From: Methanobacteriota archaeon
Lineage (GTDB): Archaea; Halobacteriota; Bog-38; Methanoflorentales; Methanoflorentaceae
Assembly: GCA_963719035.1 (NCBI GenBank)
Contig: CAVRAO010000002.1
Coordinates: 320,001-384,000, forward strand
DNA: 64,000 nt
Direction: 5' to 3'
Shown here: in pieces, positions 40,282-51,543 of the stretch
Position numbering within the stretch: position 1 is the stretch's first letter
How the letters are laid out: every line of letters begins with the position of its first letter
Notes under the pieces: model-generated
Seen by the model: the letters and a program-made list of their open reading frames with translations, nothing else
Database searches by the model: none
What the model was told of the DNA's origin: nothing
Translations under genes and position numbers: made by a program

Positions 40282-41459
40282 TGAGAAAAAGCCCAGTCAT
40301 TTCCGCAAGAGTCCAACGTATACCTCAATCTGCTACGATGAAAATTGCGGACATTGCAGCCAATCTTAGACGCGAAGGACGAGACATTATCAGTTTCAGT
40401 CTCGGTGAACCTGACTTTGAAACCCCAGAGAACATAAAAAAAGCCGCAAAAATTGCCCTAGATCGTGGCGAGACGCACTATACACAAGGTAGTGGAATTC
40501 TGGAACTTCGAGAAGTAATAGCAGAGAAGCTGAAAACTGATAACAGCCTCGACGTGACTTCAAGCGACGTTCTTGTCACAACCGGCGCGAAACAAGCGAT
40601 ATTTGAAGCGATCTGTTCGCTCATCGATGAAGGAGACGAGGTTTTGTTGTTCGATCCAGCGTGGGTTTCATACGAAGCAATCGTAAAGTTCGCTGGTGGA
40701 AAGCCCGTCATGGTTCCTGTTTACGAACGGGATGGCTATACGCCAGTTGAGTTCGAAAGTCGTATAACTAAAGATACAAAGCTCCTTGTCTTAAATAGCC
40801 CGTGTAACCCAACTGGAGCTGTGTACGGCGAAAGCGTAATAAAGAGCATAGCTCAGACCGCCGAAGATCATGACCTCTTAGTGATTTCCGACGAGGTCTA
40901 CGAAAAGATCGTTTATGGCGCCAAACATCACAGTATAGGTACATTGATACCTGACTTGACGATTACAGTAAATGGATTCTCGAAGGCATACGCTATGACG
41001 GGGTGGAGGCTCGGCTATGCAACTGCACCTCGATCAATCCTTCAAGGGATGCTTAAGATCCAACAACACACCGTAAGCAACGCAACGTCCTTCGTCCAAC
41101 GAGCTGGTATCGAGGCGCTGAGCGGTGACCAAAGCGCTCAGCGTGCTATGGTGGCTGAATTCCAAACGCGTCGCGACCTTGTTATTGACGGACTAGCTAG
41201 AATTGGAATAAAATGCGCGCTTCCAAAAGGTGCATTCTACGCGTTTCCAAAGGTCACTCAATTTGGTACTTCTGAACAGGTGACTGAACAACTGTTGCGA
41301 GACGCTTTGGTCGCCGTGACGCCTGGATCAGCATTCGGCCCGAACGGTGAGGGTTATGTGCGTATGTCCTACGCCACGAGTCGAGAAGACATCGCTAAAG
41401 GCATCCGCAGGATCGAAGAATCGCTCCAGAAAGAGTCTAACATTTTACCCGACGCTTAA
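40281..41459 (+). CDS. Class I/II PLP aminotransferase (aspartate aminotransferase-like)
   Basis: GEPDF, NSPCNPTG, SDEVY, SKAYAMTGWRLG. Confidence 0.92.
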   Translation: MRKSPVISARVQRIPQSATMKIADIAANLRREGRDIISFSLGEPDFETPENIKKAAKIALDRGETHYTQGSGILELREVIAEKLKTDNSLDVTSSDVLVTTGAKQAIFEAICSLIDEGDEVLLFDPAWVSYEAIVKFAGGKPVMVPVYERDGYTPVEFESRITKDTKLLVLNSPCNPTGAVYGESVIKSIAQTAEDHDLLVISDEVYEKIVYGAKHHSIGTLIPDLTITVNGFSKAYAMTGWRLGYATAPRSILQGMLKIQQHTVSNATSFVQRAGIEALSGDQSAQRAMVAEFQTRRDLVIDGLARIGIKCALPKGAFYAFPKVTQFGTSEQVTEQLLRDALVAVTPGSAFGPNGEGYVRMSYATSREDIAKGIRRIEESLQKESNILPDA

Positions 41460-41862
41460 TGATCGCTCGAATTATGTTTTCCGTACTCGATAGAGTTCCA
41501 CTGTCGTGATACGGTAGCCTTATCACTTTTGAAGGAATGTGCCTTTTTTCAAGGTCCTCTTGAAGTTTGTTCTCGTCAAAATACTGATCGAAACCAAGCG
41601 CTATTATGTCCGGTTTTATTAGTGTGAGGGGTTCGAACATGTCGCGCTCGCTCCCAAGTTCAGCGTGGTCAACCATCTCTAGGGCCTCAACTACTTGCAG
41701 CCGTTGCTGTTCTGGAAGGATAGGTTTTGACTTGTGCTGAACCATCGAATCACGTGACACAATGACAAATAGTTCGTCGCCTAGTTCCTTTGCTTTCCTT
41801 AGATAAAGGATATGACCGGGATGCAAGATATCAAACGTGCCTGTTGCGAGAACCCTAGTCAT
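41437..41862 (-). CDS. ribL: Archaeal FAD synthase
   Basis: ATGTFDILHPGH, PDIIALGFDQ; near rib genes. Confidence 0.85.
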   Translation of the reverse strand: MTRVLATGTFDILHPGHILYLRKAKELGDELFVIVSRDSMVQHKSKPILPEQQRLQVVEALEMVDHAELGSERDMFEPLTLIKPDIIALGFDQYFDENKLQEDLEKRHIPSKVIRLPYHDSGTLSSTENIIRAIIKRRVKC

Positions 41863-42292
41863 TTTCGCCGCCGAAGGTTTCCTTTATGTCTTTATACACA
41901 GCGCTCTCTTCTATTTCAACGTCGAGCACATCGAGTTTTCGAATGTTACCGATTCTATCATAACAAGCCCAGCTCGTGATTTCGTAAGGGTAGCCGACAA
42001 TGATATGATAATCACCATTTTGCATAAACATGCGAATATCTGCATCCGACGGCTGGAGTCCCCCCGACGGATGGCTATGCACTGATCCTACAATATGTGT
42101 ATTCACGGGTAACATGAACAGATCCATAACCGCATTGACATTTGAAGACTGAGTAATAGGGACGTCCACATCAGTTATGATCTGGTCAGTCTCATACAAC
42201 ATCCCAGCAAATTCCTTGGGATGAGAGGACGCACTCACTTCAAGTACAAACTTCAATGCGTCACGTGCGATGCCTTTGATCTTCTTTTTCAT
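41855..42292 (-). CDS. JAMM/MPN+ metalloprotease family protein
   Basis: HPKEF, GSVHSHPS..PS.AD. Confidence 0.9.
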   Translation of the reverse strand: MKKKIKGIARDALKFVLEVSASSHPKEFAGMLYETDQIITDVDVPITQSSNVNAVMDLFMLPVNTHIVGSVHSHPSGGLQPSDADIRMFMQNGDYHIIVGYPYEITSWACYDRIGNIRKLDVLDVEIEESAVYKDIKETFGGEND

Positions 42293-42388
42293 AAGCGCTA
42301 CCTAGTTGTATACTCCCGCTAGATCATTTTTACTCTGTCAAAATACGAAGGACAAAAAAGCCGCTTTGTCTATTCCACCGTTTCTCAT

Positions 42389-42461
42389 TTGTGCCTCAGA
42401 ACTCATAGGGATCATCATTGCGTTTTTAACGCTCGGGATTTAAAATACATCATCGGCGCAA
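42389..42461 (-). ncRNA. Box C/D guide sRNA (sR-tMet-like)
   Basis: Minus strand: gcgcc-g-ATGATGT-ATTTTAAATC-CCGA-gcgttaaaaacgca-ATGATGA-TCCCTATGAGTT-CTGA-ggcac; terminal stem; TATA-like element at ~42483-42494. Confidence 0.8.
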
Positions 42462-42621
42462 GTGCAATTTGAACTTCTCTGTATTATAGATATACCTCGT
42501 TGTCCCCGCAACACCTGCAGCCTACAAACGCTCTCCGCGAGCATTGGCGTCGAGAAGATCACCTTGCAGGACTTGCTAGGGACTCAGATTTCGCGTAAAA
42601 ATGACAACGACAACGTTATGA

Positions 42622-42704
42622 TGCGGAGGGAGGGATTCGAACCCGCGAACTCCTGTGAGAGTGGATCTTGAGCCCACCGCCGTTGACCACTTGGCTACCT
42701 CCGC
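42622..42704 (-). tRNA. tRNA-Leu(CAA)
   Basis: GCGGAGG acceptor, GTGGG-CT-CAA-GA-TCCAC arm, long variable arm, GGTTCGAATCC. Confidence 0.96.
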
Positions 42705-42999
42705 TTTCGTTTGATCTAGTACTGCTATCACATATTTCTAGTTAACTAATGCGGAGCAAGAAGCCTATCGACCCCCAAATCGATTATACAAGTCAACGCA
42801 ATAATTAATTTAAGCAAACGATAACGCGCCTTGCCCTGATGGATCACCCGATAAAATAACCCGTAGAAACAAGTTAATATGCTAAGTTCGATTAATTGTC
42901 ACTTGGTAGGTATAAGCAAATTACCTTTTTCGAGATTCCTGCAATAAAATATCGCAATTTCTAAATACGCTTCTAATGTTTATGTAAGAGGTGATACTA

Positions 43000-43230
43000 G
43001 TGGTAGTTGGAGTTACAATGGTCAACGTCGTTCCTGGTGAAGAACGATACGTGTACAGAACGCTATTGGAATTAAGCGGCATTAGGGAAGTGTACCACGT
43101 CTTTGGAGAGTATGACTTTGTAGTCATTATTGAAGTCGAGGGGCTTACTGCATTGAACAATTCAGTTGATAACATCCGAGATATCAAAGGAGTGACAACG
43201 ACTCACACTATTGTTGGCGCGGAACTGTGA
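43000..43230 (+). CDS. Stand-alone Lrp/AsnC ligand-binding (RAM) domain protein
   Basis: [16 protein letters not shown]; GAGGTGA SD before GTG. Confidence 0.85.
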   Translation: MVVGVTMVNVVPGEERYVYRTLLELSGIREVYHVFGEYDFVVIIEVEGLTALNNSVDNIRDIKGVTTTHTIVGAEL

Positions 43231-43245
43231 TCGGGAGAACGCCAA

Positions 43246-45111
43246 ATGGCTGAAAACATCGCCGAGAAGCTTGCACAGAAACAGCGCGAGATTAGCATAG
43301 CCGAGTTCTTTGAGAAAAATCGTCACATCCTCGGTTTCGACTCGTCAACTCGAAGCCTTATAACAAGCGTTAAAGAAGGAGTTGATAACGCACTAGATGC
43401 CTGCGAAGAGAGCGGTGTGCTGCCCGACATTCTGATTGAAATTCAGAAGGTGGATAAAGACAGCTATCGCGTCATAATCGAAGATAACGGCCCCGGCATC
43501 GTGAAAGAGCAGATACCGCGAGTGTTCGGAAAACTCCTGTACGGCTCTCGATTTCACGCACTAAAACAGAGCAGGGGGCAGCAAGGCATAGGAATCTCCG
43601 CGGTCGTGTTATATGCACAACTGACATCTGGGCGGCCCACCTCGGTATACTCAAAAACAGGAAAGAATGAAGACGCTCACTATTACGAGCTCGTTATCAA
43701 CACGAAGACTAACGAACCTGAAATATTAATAGAGAGAATCGTGCCGTGGGACCGCCCACACGGGACCAGAATTGAAGTCGAGATGGAGGGCACATACGTC
43801 CGCGCTCGTAAGCAATCGATCTACGGTTACGCGAAATCGACTGCCATAGTCAATCCGCACGCGAGATTGACGTTGGTTGAGCCGAACGGAGACACTGAAG
43901 TGTTTGAGCGCGTTACGGAGATCTTGCCGGTCGAGCCTTGTGAGATTTTGCCACATCCTGAGGGCATTGAGCTAGGCACTTTGATCAGGATGTTGCGGGA
44001 TACGGAAAGAAGACGATTAACCTCATTCTTGACGAACGAATTCGCGCGGATTGGACACAAAACCGCGAAGGAGATATGCGCAAAAGCCGGTATCGACCCC
44101 GACGTGAACCCCAGTGACCTTTCACGCGATCAAGCAAAGCGCTTGCTTGAGGCATTCAAAACCGTTAAAATCATTGCGCCTTCAACTGAGTGCCTTTCCC
44201 CTATAACGGAAGAGCTGATTAGAAAAGGGCTAGAAAAAGAATACGACGTTGACTTTATTGCGACGACCACACGTGACGCCTCAGTGCATACAGGAAATCC
44301 ATTCATCGTCGAAGCAGGAATTGCCTACGGGGGCGGCTTGCCAAAGGAAGAGAGGATAGATATCCTGCGATTCGCAAACCGAGTGCCACTGTTGTATCAA
44401 CAAGGAGGGTGCGCTAGCACTCACGCCGTTGAGAAGATTAACTGGAGGAACTATGAACTCCTACAACCAGGCGGGAGCGGTATCCCACAAGGCCCAATAG
44501 TTGTGCTTACACACGTCGCTTCAACTAACGTTCCTTTCACATCAGAGTCGAAAGAAGCGATCGCAGATATACCAGAGATAGTAGACGAGATAGAACTTGC
44601 TGTCCGAGACGTCGCGCGTGGCCTCAAAAACTACTTAGCGAAGCAAAAAATCCTTGCAAAGAGAAAAGAGAAAGAGGAAATAATAGAGCGAGTTCTTCCT
44701 AAACTTGCAGAGAAGGTATCTGAGATACAAGGAGCCCCTCAACCTGACATTCAACCTATCGTTGCTAAAATAATGGGGAACGTGCTCGTTAAAAAGACAA
44801 CTGAACTGAACGATACTGCGTGTAGAGTGACAATCCGCATAAACAACTTTTCAGAGAGTCTCAAAGAGTTCAAGCTGCACGAAGTCTCTGCTGTAGAGGT
44901 CGAAGACTCGACCCCCAAGCCAAAAGTATCGAGTTTTGATGGCCAATTCGACAACATGTGGAAAGTGTCAATCAAGCCCAATTCAGAAAAGAAGGTTAGA
45001 TACTCGGTTAAGTCAGAAGAATCTGCAAATACAATTCCTTTGGTCGAGGGGATACTCGCAGAGATGGTCACGGGGGCAAACGCACTGCCCAAGAAGCGAG
45101 CTAGTGAGTGA
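43246..45111 (+). CDS. top6B: DNA topoisomerase VI subunit B
   Basis: [36 protein letters not shown]. Confidence 0.97.
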   Translation: MAENIAEKLAQKQREISIAEFFEKNRHILGFDSSTRSLITSVKEGVDNALDACEESGVLPDILIEIQKVDKDSYRVIIEDNGPGIVKEQIPRVFGKLLYGSRFHALKQSRGQQGIGISAVVLYAQLTSGRPTSVYSKTGKNEDAHYYELVINTKTNEPEILIERIVPWDRPHGTRIEVEMEGTYVRARKQSIYGYAKSTAIVNPHARLTLVEPNGDTEVFERVTEILPVEPCEILPHPEGIELGTLIRMLRDTERRRLTSFLTNEFARIGHKTAKEICAKAGIDPDVNPSDLSRDQAKRLLEAFKTVKIIAPSTECLSPITEELIRKGLEKEYDVDFIATTTRDASVHTGNPFIVEAGIAYGGGLPKEERIDILRFANRVPLLYQQGGCASTHAVEKINWRNYELLQPGGSGIPQGPIVVLTHVASTNVPFTSESKEAIADIPEIVDEIELAVRDVARGLKNYLAKQKILAKRKEKEEIIERVLPKLAEKVSEIQGAPQPDIQPIVAKIMGNVLVKKTTELNDTACRVTIRINNFSESLKEFKLHEVSAVEVEDSTPKPKVSSFDGQFDNMWKVSIKPNSEKKVRYSVKSEESANTIPLVEGILAEMVTGANALPKKRASE

Positions 45112-45119
45112 GGTGAAGC

Positions 45120-46244
45120 ATGAAAGCTGAAAAAGACCTACTGAAAACAAAGAAAGAAAAAGACAGCTTGACCGAACAGAGGCTCTTGAAAATCATCGAA
45201 ACTATGTACGATCAGTTTGCAAGAGAACAAATTCCACAACTACTAATCCCCACAAGAACGAAATCAAACATTGAGTTCAACGAAGAATCGGAGGTTTGGG
45301 TCTACGGTGACCGGGAGAGTGCAAGGAGCTGCAAGACGGTACGAGGAGCTTATAGCCTTCTCAAGTCGAGCTACACGATTGAATTCCTAAAAAAGCAGCT
45401 CGACGAGAACCGCTCGTCAACACTCAGAGAGCTTTATTATATTTCCGAAGGTTGGAAACTGGCGAAGTTCAGAGAGCAGCCTGAGTCTGACAGAATGATC
45501 GAAGATCTAGAGATCATAACTGAACTACAGCGCGAAAACTTTCATGTGCGACCTGAAGAGAACGGCGCAACTATTTTTGGTCCGATTCGAATCAAAGAAA
45601 ACGTTGAAAGACGTGGGCAAGTGTCAGAACGCGTCATTCACTGCGTCGATGATGTCGGTGAAGGGGGGTACCAGATCCCATATAACGTCGATAATCTAGA
45701 TTTTCTCGAGCACGACGCTAAGTTTATTATTGCCATCGAAACCGGCGGAATGCGGGATAGGCTTATCGAAAATGGCTTCGATACAGACTATGACACAATA
45801 ATCGTACACCTTAAAGGCCAGCCAGCGAGAAGCACACGGCGGCTTTTAAAAAGGATGAACGAGCGGCTAAAGCTGCCCGTCGTCGTTTTTACGGACGGAG
45901 ATCCCTGGTCTTACAGAATATTCGCCTCTGTCGCTTACGGCTCGATAAAGAGCGCACATATGTCAGAATACATGGCAACCCCAGCAGCCCAGTTCATTGG
46001 CGTGCGCCCGAGCGACATCGTCAATTACGACCTGCCTACCGATAAGTTGTCTGATCAGGACATGAGGGCTCTGCAATCAGAGCTTACTGATCCACGTTTC
46101 GCAACTGATTTCTGGAAGGAAGAGATCAATCTCCAAATCGAACTGAAGAAAAAGTCAGAACAACAAGCGTTCGCAAGTCGAGGTTTAGACTACGTAACTG
46201 ACGTTTACCTTCCCGAAAGACTCACTGATCTGGGGATAGTTTGA
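45120..46244 (+). CDS. top6A: DNA topoisomerase VI subunit A
   Basis: [29 protein letters not shown]. Confidence 0.97.
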   Translation: MKAEKDLLKTKKEKDSLTEQRLLKIIETMYDQFAREQIPQLLIPTRTKSNIEFNEESEVWVYGDRESARSCKTVRGAYSLLKSSYTIEFLKKQLDENRSSTLRELYYISEGWKLAKFREQPESDRMIEDLEIITELQRENFHVRPEENGATIFGPIRIKENVERRGQVSERVIHCVDDVGEGGYQIPYNVDNLDFLEHDAKFIIAIETGGMRDRLIENGFDTDYDTIIVHLKGQPARSTRRLLKRMNERLKLPVVVFTDGDPWSYRIFASVAYGSIKSAHMSEYMATPAAQFIGVRPSDIVNYDLPTDKLSDQDMRALQSELTDPRFATDFWKEEINLQIELKKKSEQQAFASRGLDYVTDVYLPERLTDLGIV

Positions 46245-46316
46245 TAGGCTTGTGACGATTTACGTTACTGATTTTGGGGGGCGTTGGGACGATCATCAGC
46301 AAGACGTAGCAGCAGG

Positions 46317-47537
46317 TTAATTGAGTTGACGCCAACCAGCCCCACAAACCTGACTTCCCCACCCTTTCTTTCCCTTGATAGAACCTTCACTAAATACGAC
46401 TTCGCCTCGTACCATAGTGAGTGACGGGAAAACGGCGACACAGCCTTCGAAAGGCGTCCAACCACACTTGCTATACAGTACACTCGGCGTTACTATTTTC
46501 CTATCGTTGGGATCAACAAGTATGAGATCCGCGTCGTATCCTTTACATATCACTCCTTTGTTCTTTAAATTAAACCTAGTCGCTGGAGCTGCGCTCACCA
46601 TATTCACGAGCCGTTCGAGACTAATCTGATCGAGCCTTGACAATAGCAAGGGAAGCAAAGTCTGAACCCCTGGCACTCCTGGAGGCGGGTACGACATGTT
46701 TTTATCGGCAACAGAATGAGGCGCGTGGTCGCTCGCGATCATGTCGATATGACTGAGGTGTGACCAGAGAGTATCGACGTTTTGCCGGCTCCGAAGCGGC
46801 GGGTTCATGATACCAAATGGGCCAAGTCTTACTTGGTCGAGGTCAGATAGGAATAGATGATGCGGAGTTACTTCACAGCTGACATCCTGATCGGAACCCC
46901 TCACAAATTCAAGCCCAGACGCTTCACTTAGATGGCTTACGTGCACTTTAGCCCCAATTTCTTTGTTGCACGCAACGACTGTTCTGATCCCTTCCAGTTC
47001 ACTTGAGATTTCACCGACGCGTCTTTCAGCGTGAACGCATAAGACGGCATTAAGCCGCTTGATTATCTGCAGCGCGTGCTGCAATTCCTCGCGCGATTTT
47101 TCTTGAACGAATACCTCTCCAAAAGCCGTCACCCCTAATCGCCATAAGTCGTCGAGCTGGTCAAATCTTTCAATACCAGCGTTGATACCATAATCAACAA
47201 CAGATTTTCGTGCAGCGCGCTGCTTACGAAAATAGGACCTCTCATCGCATACCGGAGGCTTTGTGTTCGGCTGATCTATAACAGTAGTCACACCACCGGC
47301 AGCAGCTGCACACGATCCAGAATACCAATCCTCCTTGTATGCTTCGTCCAAATCACGAAAATGTACGTGCACATCGATTGCACCAGGCAATAACAATCGG
47401 CCGCGCGCATCTATCTCTTGCCCTCCTGCACTGACGCTTCCAATCTTTGCAATCATGCCACTTTCGATCAAGACGTCGCTGAGAACAACTTGGTTCCTGT
47501 AAAAGACTCGTGCATTTCGAATGACTGTTGTGCTCAT
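46317..47537 (-). CDS. pyrC: Dihydroorotase
   Basis: DVHVHFR, AAAGG.T, EVTPHHL, MNPPLR, SDHAPH. Confidence 0.88.
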   Translation of the reverse strand: MSTTVIRNARVFYRNQVVLSDVLIESGMIAKIGSVSAGGQEIDARGRLLLPGAIDVHVHFRDLDEAYKEDWYSGSCAAAAGGVTTVIDQPNTKPPVCDERSYFRKQRAARKSVVDYGINAGIERFDQLDDLWRLGVTAFGEVFVQEKSREELQHALQIIKRLNAVLCVHAERRVGEISSELEGIRTVVACNKEIGAKVHVSHLSEASGLEFVRGSDQDVSCEVTPHHLFLSDLDQVRLGPFGIMNPPLRSRQNVDTLWSHLSHIDMIASDHAPHSVADKNMSYPPPGVPGVQTLLPLLLSRLDQISLERLVNMVSAAPATRFNLKNKGVICKGYDADLILVDPNDRKIVTPSVLYSKCGWTPFEGCVAVFPSLTMVRGEVVFSEGSIKGKKGWGSQVCGAGWRQLN

Positions 47538-47544
47538 GCGTGGG

Positions 47545-48120
47545 TCACTCAAGAAAGCGCTCTACTACCTCGCCACCAGCGCGAAGCTCGGAAAAGACCT
47601 GACCTTCAAACACAAATATTTCAGCGTTGCGTTCTCGCGGGTTTAAACCTGCCTTCACATACGTTTGGTCCAAAAACTCTTGTGGTGTCCAGTTAAAGTC
47701 GGTCGCAACTTGAGGCAGAAGCAATCCTTGTTGCGACCCTTTTTTTACAATAACGCCGTGCTTTCCGACTACGATATCAGCAGGGCCGTCAATTCTTTTG
47801 GGCTTTGTTAGGAGCGTAATCTCTACCGTAATGCGCGTTAGCTCCTCAGCACTGACCGGAGGAAATCGATAGTCATACAAGGCAGCGCTGATTGCCGAGT
47901 CAATCAAGGCTTCTTTTATGGTTTTGCTCGCATAGGGATATCCCACACAGCCCCGCAAGGCGTCCGAATGCAGCGTCACAAAAACGCCGCCAAGTTCATC
48001 GAAAACAGCTGGGAGGTCTTGAGGGGGCTCTATGCGATCTCCGGAATTCACCGCGATCTCGATTGCTTCGCGTGCGAGACGCACACCGATGCGCGCTTCG
48101 TCCAGATGCATGCTTCGCAT
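47545..48120 (-). CDS. AMMECR1 domain protein (TIGR00296)
   Basis: GVFVTL..LRGCVG, DYRFPP, GLLLPQV. Confidence 0.92.
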   Translation of the reverse strand: MRSMHLDEARIGVRLAREAIEIAVNSGDRIEPPQDLPAVFDELGGVFVTLHSDALRGCVGYPYASKTIKEALIDSAISAALYDYRFPPVSAEELTRITVEITLLTKPKRIDGPADIVVGKHGVIVKKGSQQGLLLPQVATDFNWTPQEFLDQTYVKAGLNPRERNAEIFVFEGQVFSELRAGGEVVERFLE

Positions 48121-48163
48121 GTTAGTGAATACTTATATTACATTTGCCTTCAAGATACGTAAC

Positions 48164-48455
48164 GGAGAGAGGGTGAGTGGCTGCCGGTGAAACTCGCTGA
48201 GGAAAGTCCTCCCACCTTCTGGACGTGTGAGCGAGGAGACTCGCATGGCGAGAGTCATGGCTCTGACACAGAAACGATACGTCCCTGCAAACATGAGTAT
48301 GAGGTGAAGAACCGACGAGAGCAGGGGTTACGATGGAACGGTGAATCCTCACAGGTGCAAGCTAAAAAGGGTGAATGAACAGTCCAGATAACACCCAGGT
48401 TAAGCGCTTAGATAAATGCCACTTGAAACAGAAGGAGGCTTACAACCCTCACTCC
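48164..48455 (+). ncRNA. rnpB: RNase P RNA (archaeal type A)
   Basis: GAGGAAAGTCC near 5' end, ACAGAAGGAGGCTTA near 3' end, P1 GGAGAGAGGGT/ACCCTCACTCC, P6 CTGGAC/GTCCAG, P8 and P9 hairpins. Confidence 0.95.
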
Positions 48456-48560
48456 AATCTTATTCTCAAACACTTTTTTGCTGCGCGAGAAAGTTTTATA
48501 TTAATCTGCTCCAAAATATTGCTGCCTTTCAAATGAAAAACTAAAGGCTTGAGGAAGAAA

Positions 48561-49499
48561 ATGAAACTAAAAGAGCTAGCAGAGCAGATAAGTGCCCGTT
48601 TTTTGGAACAAGGAGTAACAATTCCGGCTAGCGAGATAGAACAGCGGTTACGTAGTCTCGTCGATGATTTTAAAGTGCCGACAGAAGAAGCCAGAAGAAG
48701 CGTAGTCTCTTATTACTCCAAACTCCACCCAAAACAAGGATCGGCTTCGCCGACAGAAGTTATCTACTCAAAGATCAAAGACATAAACACAGAAGACGTA
48801 TGGATCAGCGTCCGTGTCCGTGTTGTACAGCTTTGGGAGCCCAATTCGCAATCCATAGCGCAAGTCGGCTTGATCGGCGACGAGACCGGAACTATAAAAT
48901 TCACCAGCTGGTCTAACGCGAAGCTGCCGATTCTCAAGGATGGACTAAGTTATTCATTACGTAATGTTGTTACAAAATCATGGCAGGGGCGTTTCAGTAT
49001 TAGCTTGAATAAAGCATCCGAAATTGCCCCACTCGATGAAGAGGTCGAAGTCGGTCGCACAGAAGAAGAAATTTCCGGCACTATTATCGACGTGCAATCT
49101 GGTTCTGGACTTATCAAACGATGTCCTGAATGTAGTCGTGTCGTTGTCAAAGGGTACTGTGCCGAGCATGGCAACGTAAGTGGCGTTTACGATCTGCGCA
49201 TTAAAGGTGTGTTAGACAACGGTGAGATTGTGACAGACGTGTTGTTTAACCGCGAACTAACAGAAAGGTTAACAGGAATAACGCTCGCAGAGGCCAAAGA
49301 AATGGCCATGGAAGCACTCGACCAAAACGTTGTCGCAGATTCCATGAAGGGTGTAATAATCGGACGATACTACGTAGTGCGCGGCAACAAAACACCCCGG
49401 TGGTTACTTGTAACAGATTTCAAAGAAACCCCTCAAATAACTGATGGAGACATTAGCGCCGTTCTCGCTAGAGCGCAGGAGCTTCTGCAATGGCCCTAA
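48561..49499 (+). CDS. Replication protein A (OB-fold, Zn finger)
   Basis: QVGLIGDETG, GSGLIKRCPEC..C.EH, DLRIKGVLD. Confidence 0.92.
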   Translation: MKLKELAEQISARFLEQGVTIPASEIEQRLRSLVDDFKVPTEEARRSVVSYYSKLHPKQGSASPTEVIYSKIKDINTEDVWISVRVRVVQLWEPNSQSIAQVGLIGDETGTIKFTSWSNAKLPILKDGLSYSLRNVVTKSWQGRFSISLNKASEIAPLDEEVEVGRTEEEISGTIIDVQSGSGLIKRCPECSRVVVKGYCAEHGNVSGVYDLRIKGVLDNGEIVTDVLFNRELTERLTGITLAEAKEMAMEALDQNVVADSMKGVIIGRYYVVRGNKTPRWLLVTDFKETPQITDGDISAVLARAQELLQWP

Positions 49500-50056
49500 A
49501 ACAGCGGGAAGTAGCGCGTCGCCTATTTGCGAAAGAGCTGCAGGAGTCGACGCTTTTCTACAAAGAACACGATGATGCATACGCACCACAGTATCTTTTA
49601 ACCCCTACTGGTGCAAAATGTAATCGAGTATTTGTGGTAGGCACGTTAACAGAAAAGGAAAATGTCGGCGTTGACGCTGACTACTGGCGTGCTCGAATAG
49701 CCGATCCGACGGGCGTTTTTCCAATTTACGCCGGCCAGTATCAACAACAGGCAGTCACACAACTAAGTTCGATAGAAGTACCTTCGTTCGTAGCTGTCAT
49801 AGGAAAATTGAACGTTTTTCACGCAGACGAAGGCCCCGTCAAAGTATCCATTCGACCTGAGTTCATAAACGTCGTAGATGCCGAAACAAGGGATAGGTGG
49901 GTTTTAGAGACTGCTGAAAAAACTCTTGAAAGGATTGAAAGGCTTCAACAGAGCGGCGAAAATATGAAAAGAGTTCGTGAATACTACGGCACAGATACAA
50001 GCCAGTACACAGCAGTTGTGATAGAAGCTGTTAAGACGCTAACAAAAGAGCACTAG
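49490..50056 (+). CDS. RPA-associated OB-fold protein
   Basis: REVARR.FA.E, LTPTGAKCNRVFVVG, DPTG; overlaps RPA gene. Confidence 0.88.
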   Translation: MALKQREVARRLFAKELQESTLFYKEHDDAYAPQYLLTPTGAKCNRVFVVGTLTEKENVGVDADYWRARIADPTGVFPIYAGQYQQQAVTQLSSIEVPSFVAVIGKLNVFHADEGPVKVSIRPEFINVVDAETRDRWVLETAEKTLERIERLQQSGENMKRVREYYGTDTSQYTAVVIEAVKTLTKEH

Positions 50057-50100
50057 ACATAGCAAAGGCTATCCGCTTCAATGGCTTATCCCGTGGCAAT

Positions 50101-50907
50101 ATGGTAATGAGATACGGTGTTTCGTCAACGATTGAACAAGACGTTAAGGAGTTTATCTTGAGCGCCGCTCACACGTTCAATGCTATCGAACTCGTTTCTG
50201 AGTATCCGCATGTTCACTACAGCACACCTAATGTCGACGTGCTTTCTGAACTGAAATCGAGCTACGGACTTACTTACACGATGCATGCGCCTTTTTGTAG
50301 TGTAAATCTCGCTAGCATCAATCCGAAGCTTCAGCAAGCATCCGTTAAAGAAATAGTCCATTCGATCACTTATGCTAACGAACTCGGATGTGAGCTAATC
50401 GTGGTCCACCCTGGTATTGTAAGCTATCCAAGAAACCTGCCAAAATTTGAAAAAATCTCAAAGGATCATCAGTACGATTCTTTTATACAGATTTGCGAAA
50501 AAGCTGAGGACGAAAAAATTCTAGTGTGTGTGGAGAACATGCCGCGGCTTCCACAAGCATTCAAGCAGACATGGACCGGGGAAGCTCTCGTACAAATTGT
50601 TGACGAGTTTGGATCGGTTTTCTTGCAATTAGCACTGGACGTAGGTCATTGTAATACCACAGACGTTCCTATACCACAGATGATTCGAGATTTCGGCTCG
50701 CGGATCAAGCACGTGCATATCCATGACAACGACGGATATCGAGAGTCTCATTCGATTGTTGGGCAGGGTTCAGTGCCGTGGCGAGCGGTTGTTGAAACAC
50801 TTCATGAGATACGATATAACGGGCTTCTCATAGACGAACACCGGACAATTGAAGGACAAAAACTCGGAAAAAAGTACCTAGAATCAATCATTCAGTCTTG
50901 TTCCTAA
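50101..50907 (+). CDS. Sugar phosphate isomerase/epimerase (AP endonuclease 2 TIM barrel)
   Basis: HAPF..NLAS, HPG, ENMP, DVGH, HIHDN. Confidence 0.88.
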   Translation: MVMRYGVSSTIEQDVKEFILSAAHTFNAIELVSEYPHVHYSTPNVDVLSELKSSYGLTYTMHAPFCSVNLASINPKLQQASVKEIVHSITYANELGCELIVVHPGIVSYPRNLPKFEKISKDHQYDSFIQICEKAEDEKILVCVENMPRLPQAFKQTWTGEALVQIVDEFGSVFLQLALDVGHCNTTDVPIPQMIRDFGSRIKHVHIHDNDGYRESHSIVGQGSVPWRAVVETLHEIRYNGLLIDEHRTIEGQKLGKKYLESIIQSCS

Positions 50908-51543
50908 CTGAAGATTCGGTGCTCTGAAATTTTTTTAGAGGCTTTTGTCGCCTTTCAAAGATAGAATCCTAATTATTTCCCACCAACCCAACTATAACAG
51001 CAAATGGACGCATGATTTAAGTTCTTTCTTATTCTATACCCCGTGCCTACTTTTAAAAAAATCTTCGCCAACATCGGTTAGCAAAAACGATGGTTTTTCT
51101 CGCAGATGTATGAACGTTTCAACGACAAATAGAAAACTTGCTCACGACGACTCAATGCTTGCAATTAATTCTTTCGAAACACCTGCTCATTTGTTGAGGC
51201 AACTCGAGTATGGGTCAATTCCCAAGTTGACTCTGAACTTTCCCTTGTGTGAAGTCCTGTTGTCGCCCACGACTTTGTCCGCAAGTTGTTCGCAAATCAT
51301 CAAAAAGACTGTTTGCCAATACCTCATGCAAACCTAATGAAAAATTAAATTACTTCTTAATTTCAACACCATTGCGGCGCTACTCTACGCATAATTTTTT
51401 CAATTATGGACAACATAAAACTGAACATTTACTTAAACAAACCTAAGGGCTGCACAAACAATGATTTCGGATCCTTCTAACAACAATTAAAGTAGAGCAC
51501 GTATTGTTTCCAATAGTTAATTACTAAAAGTGACAAAAGACCT

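Noticed and set aside
42462-42671. 69-aa ORF
   Set aside because: It runs antisense into tRNA-Leu and has no recognisable motif
42660-42680. Neighbouring tRNA-Leu(CAA) as target of the sRNA D' guide
   Set aside because: A-C mismatches at positions 32 and 34, including the would-be methylated base
48122-48378. ORFs 48122-48352 (-) and 48187-48378 (+)
   Set aside because: They overlap the RNase P RNA and show no protein motifs
50945-51446. ORFs of 130 and 65 aa (+) and shorter minus-strand ORFs in the AT-rich spacer
   Set aside because: No motifs, no convincing SD, atypical composition
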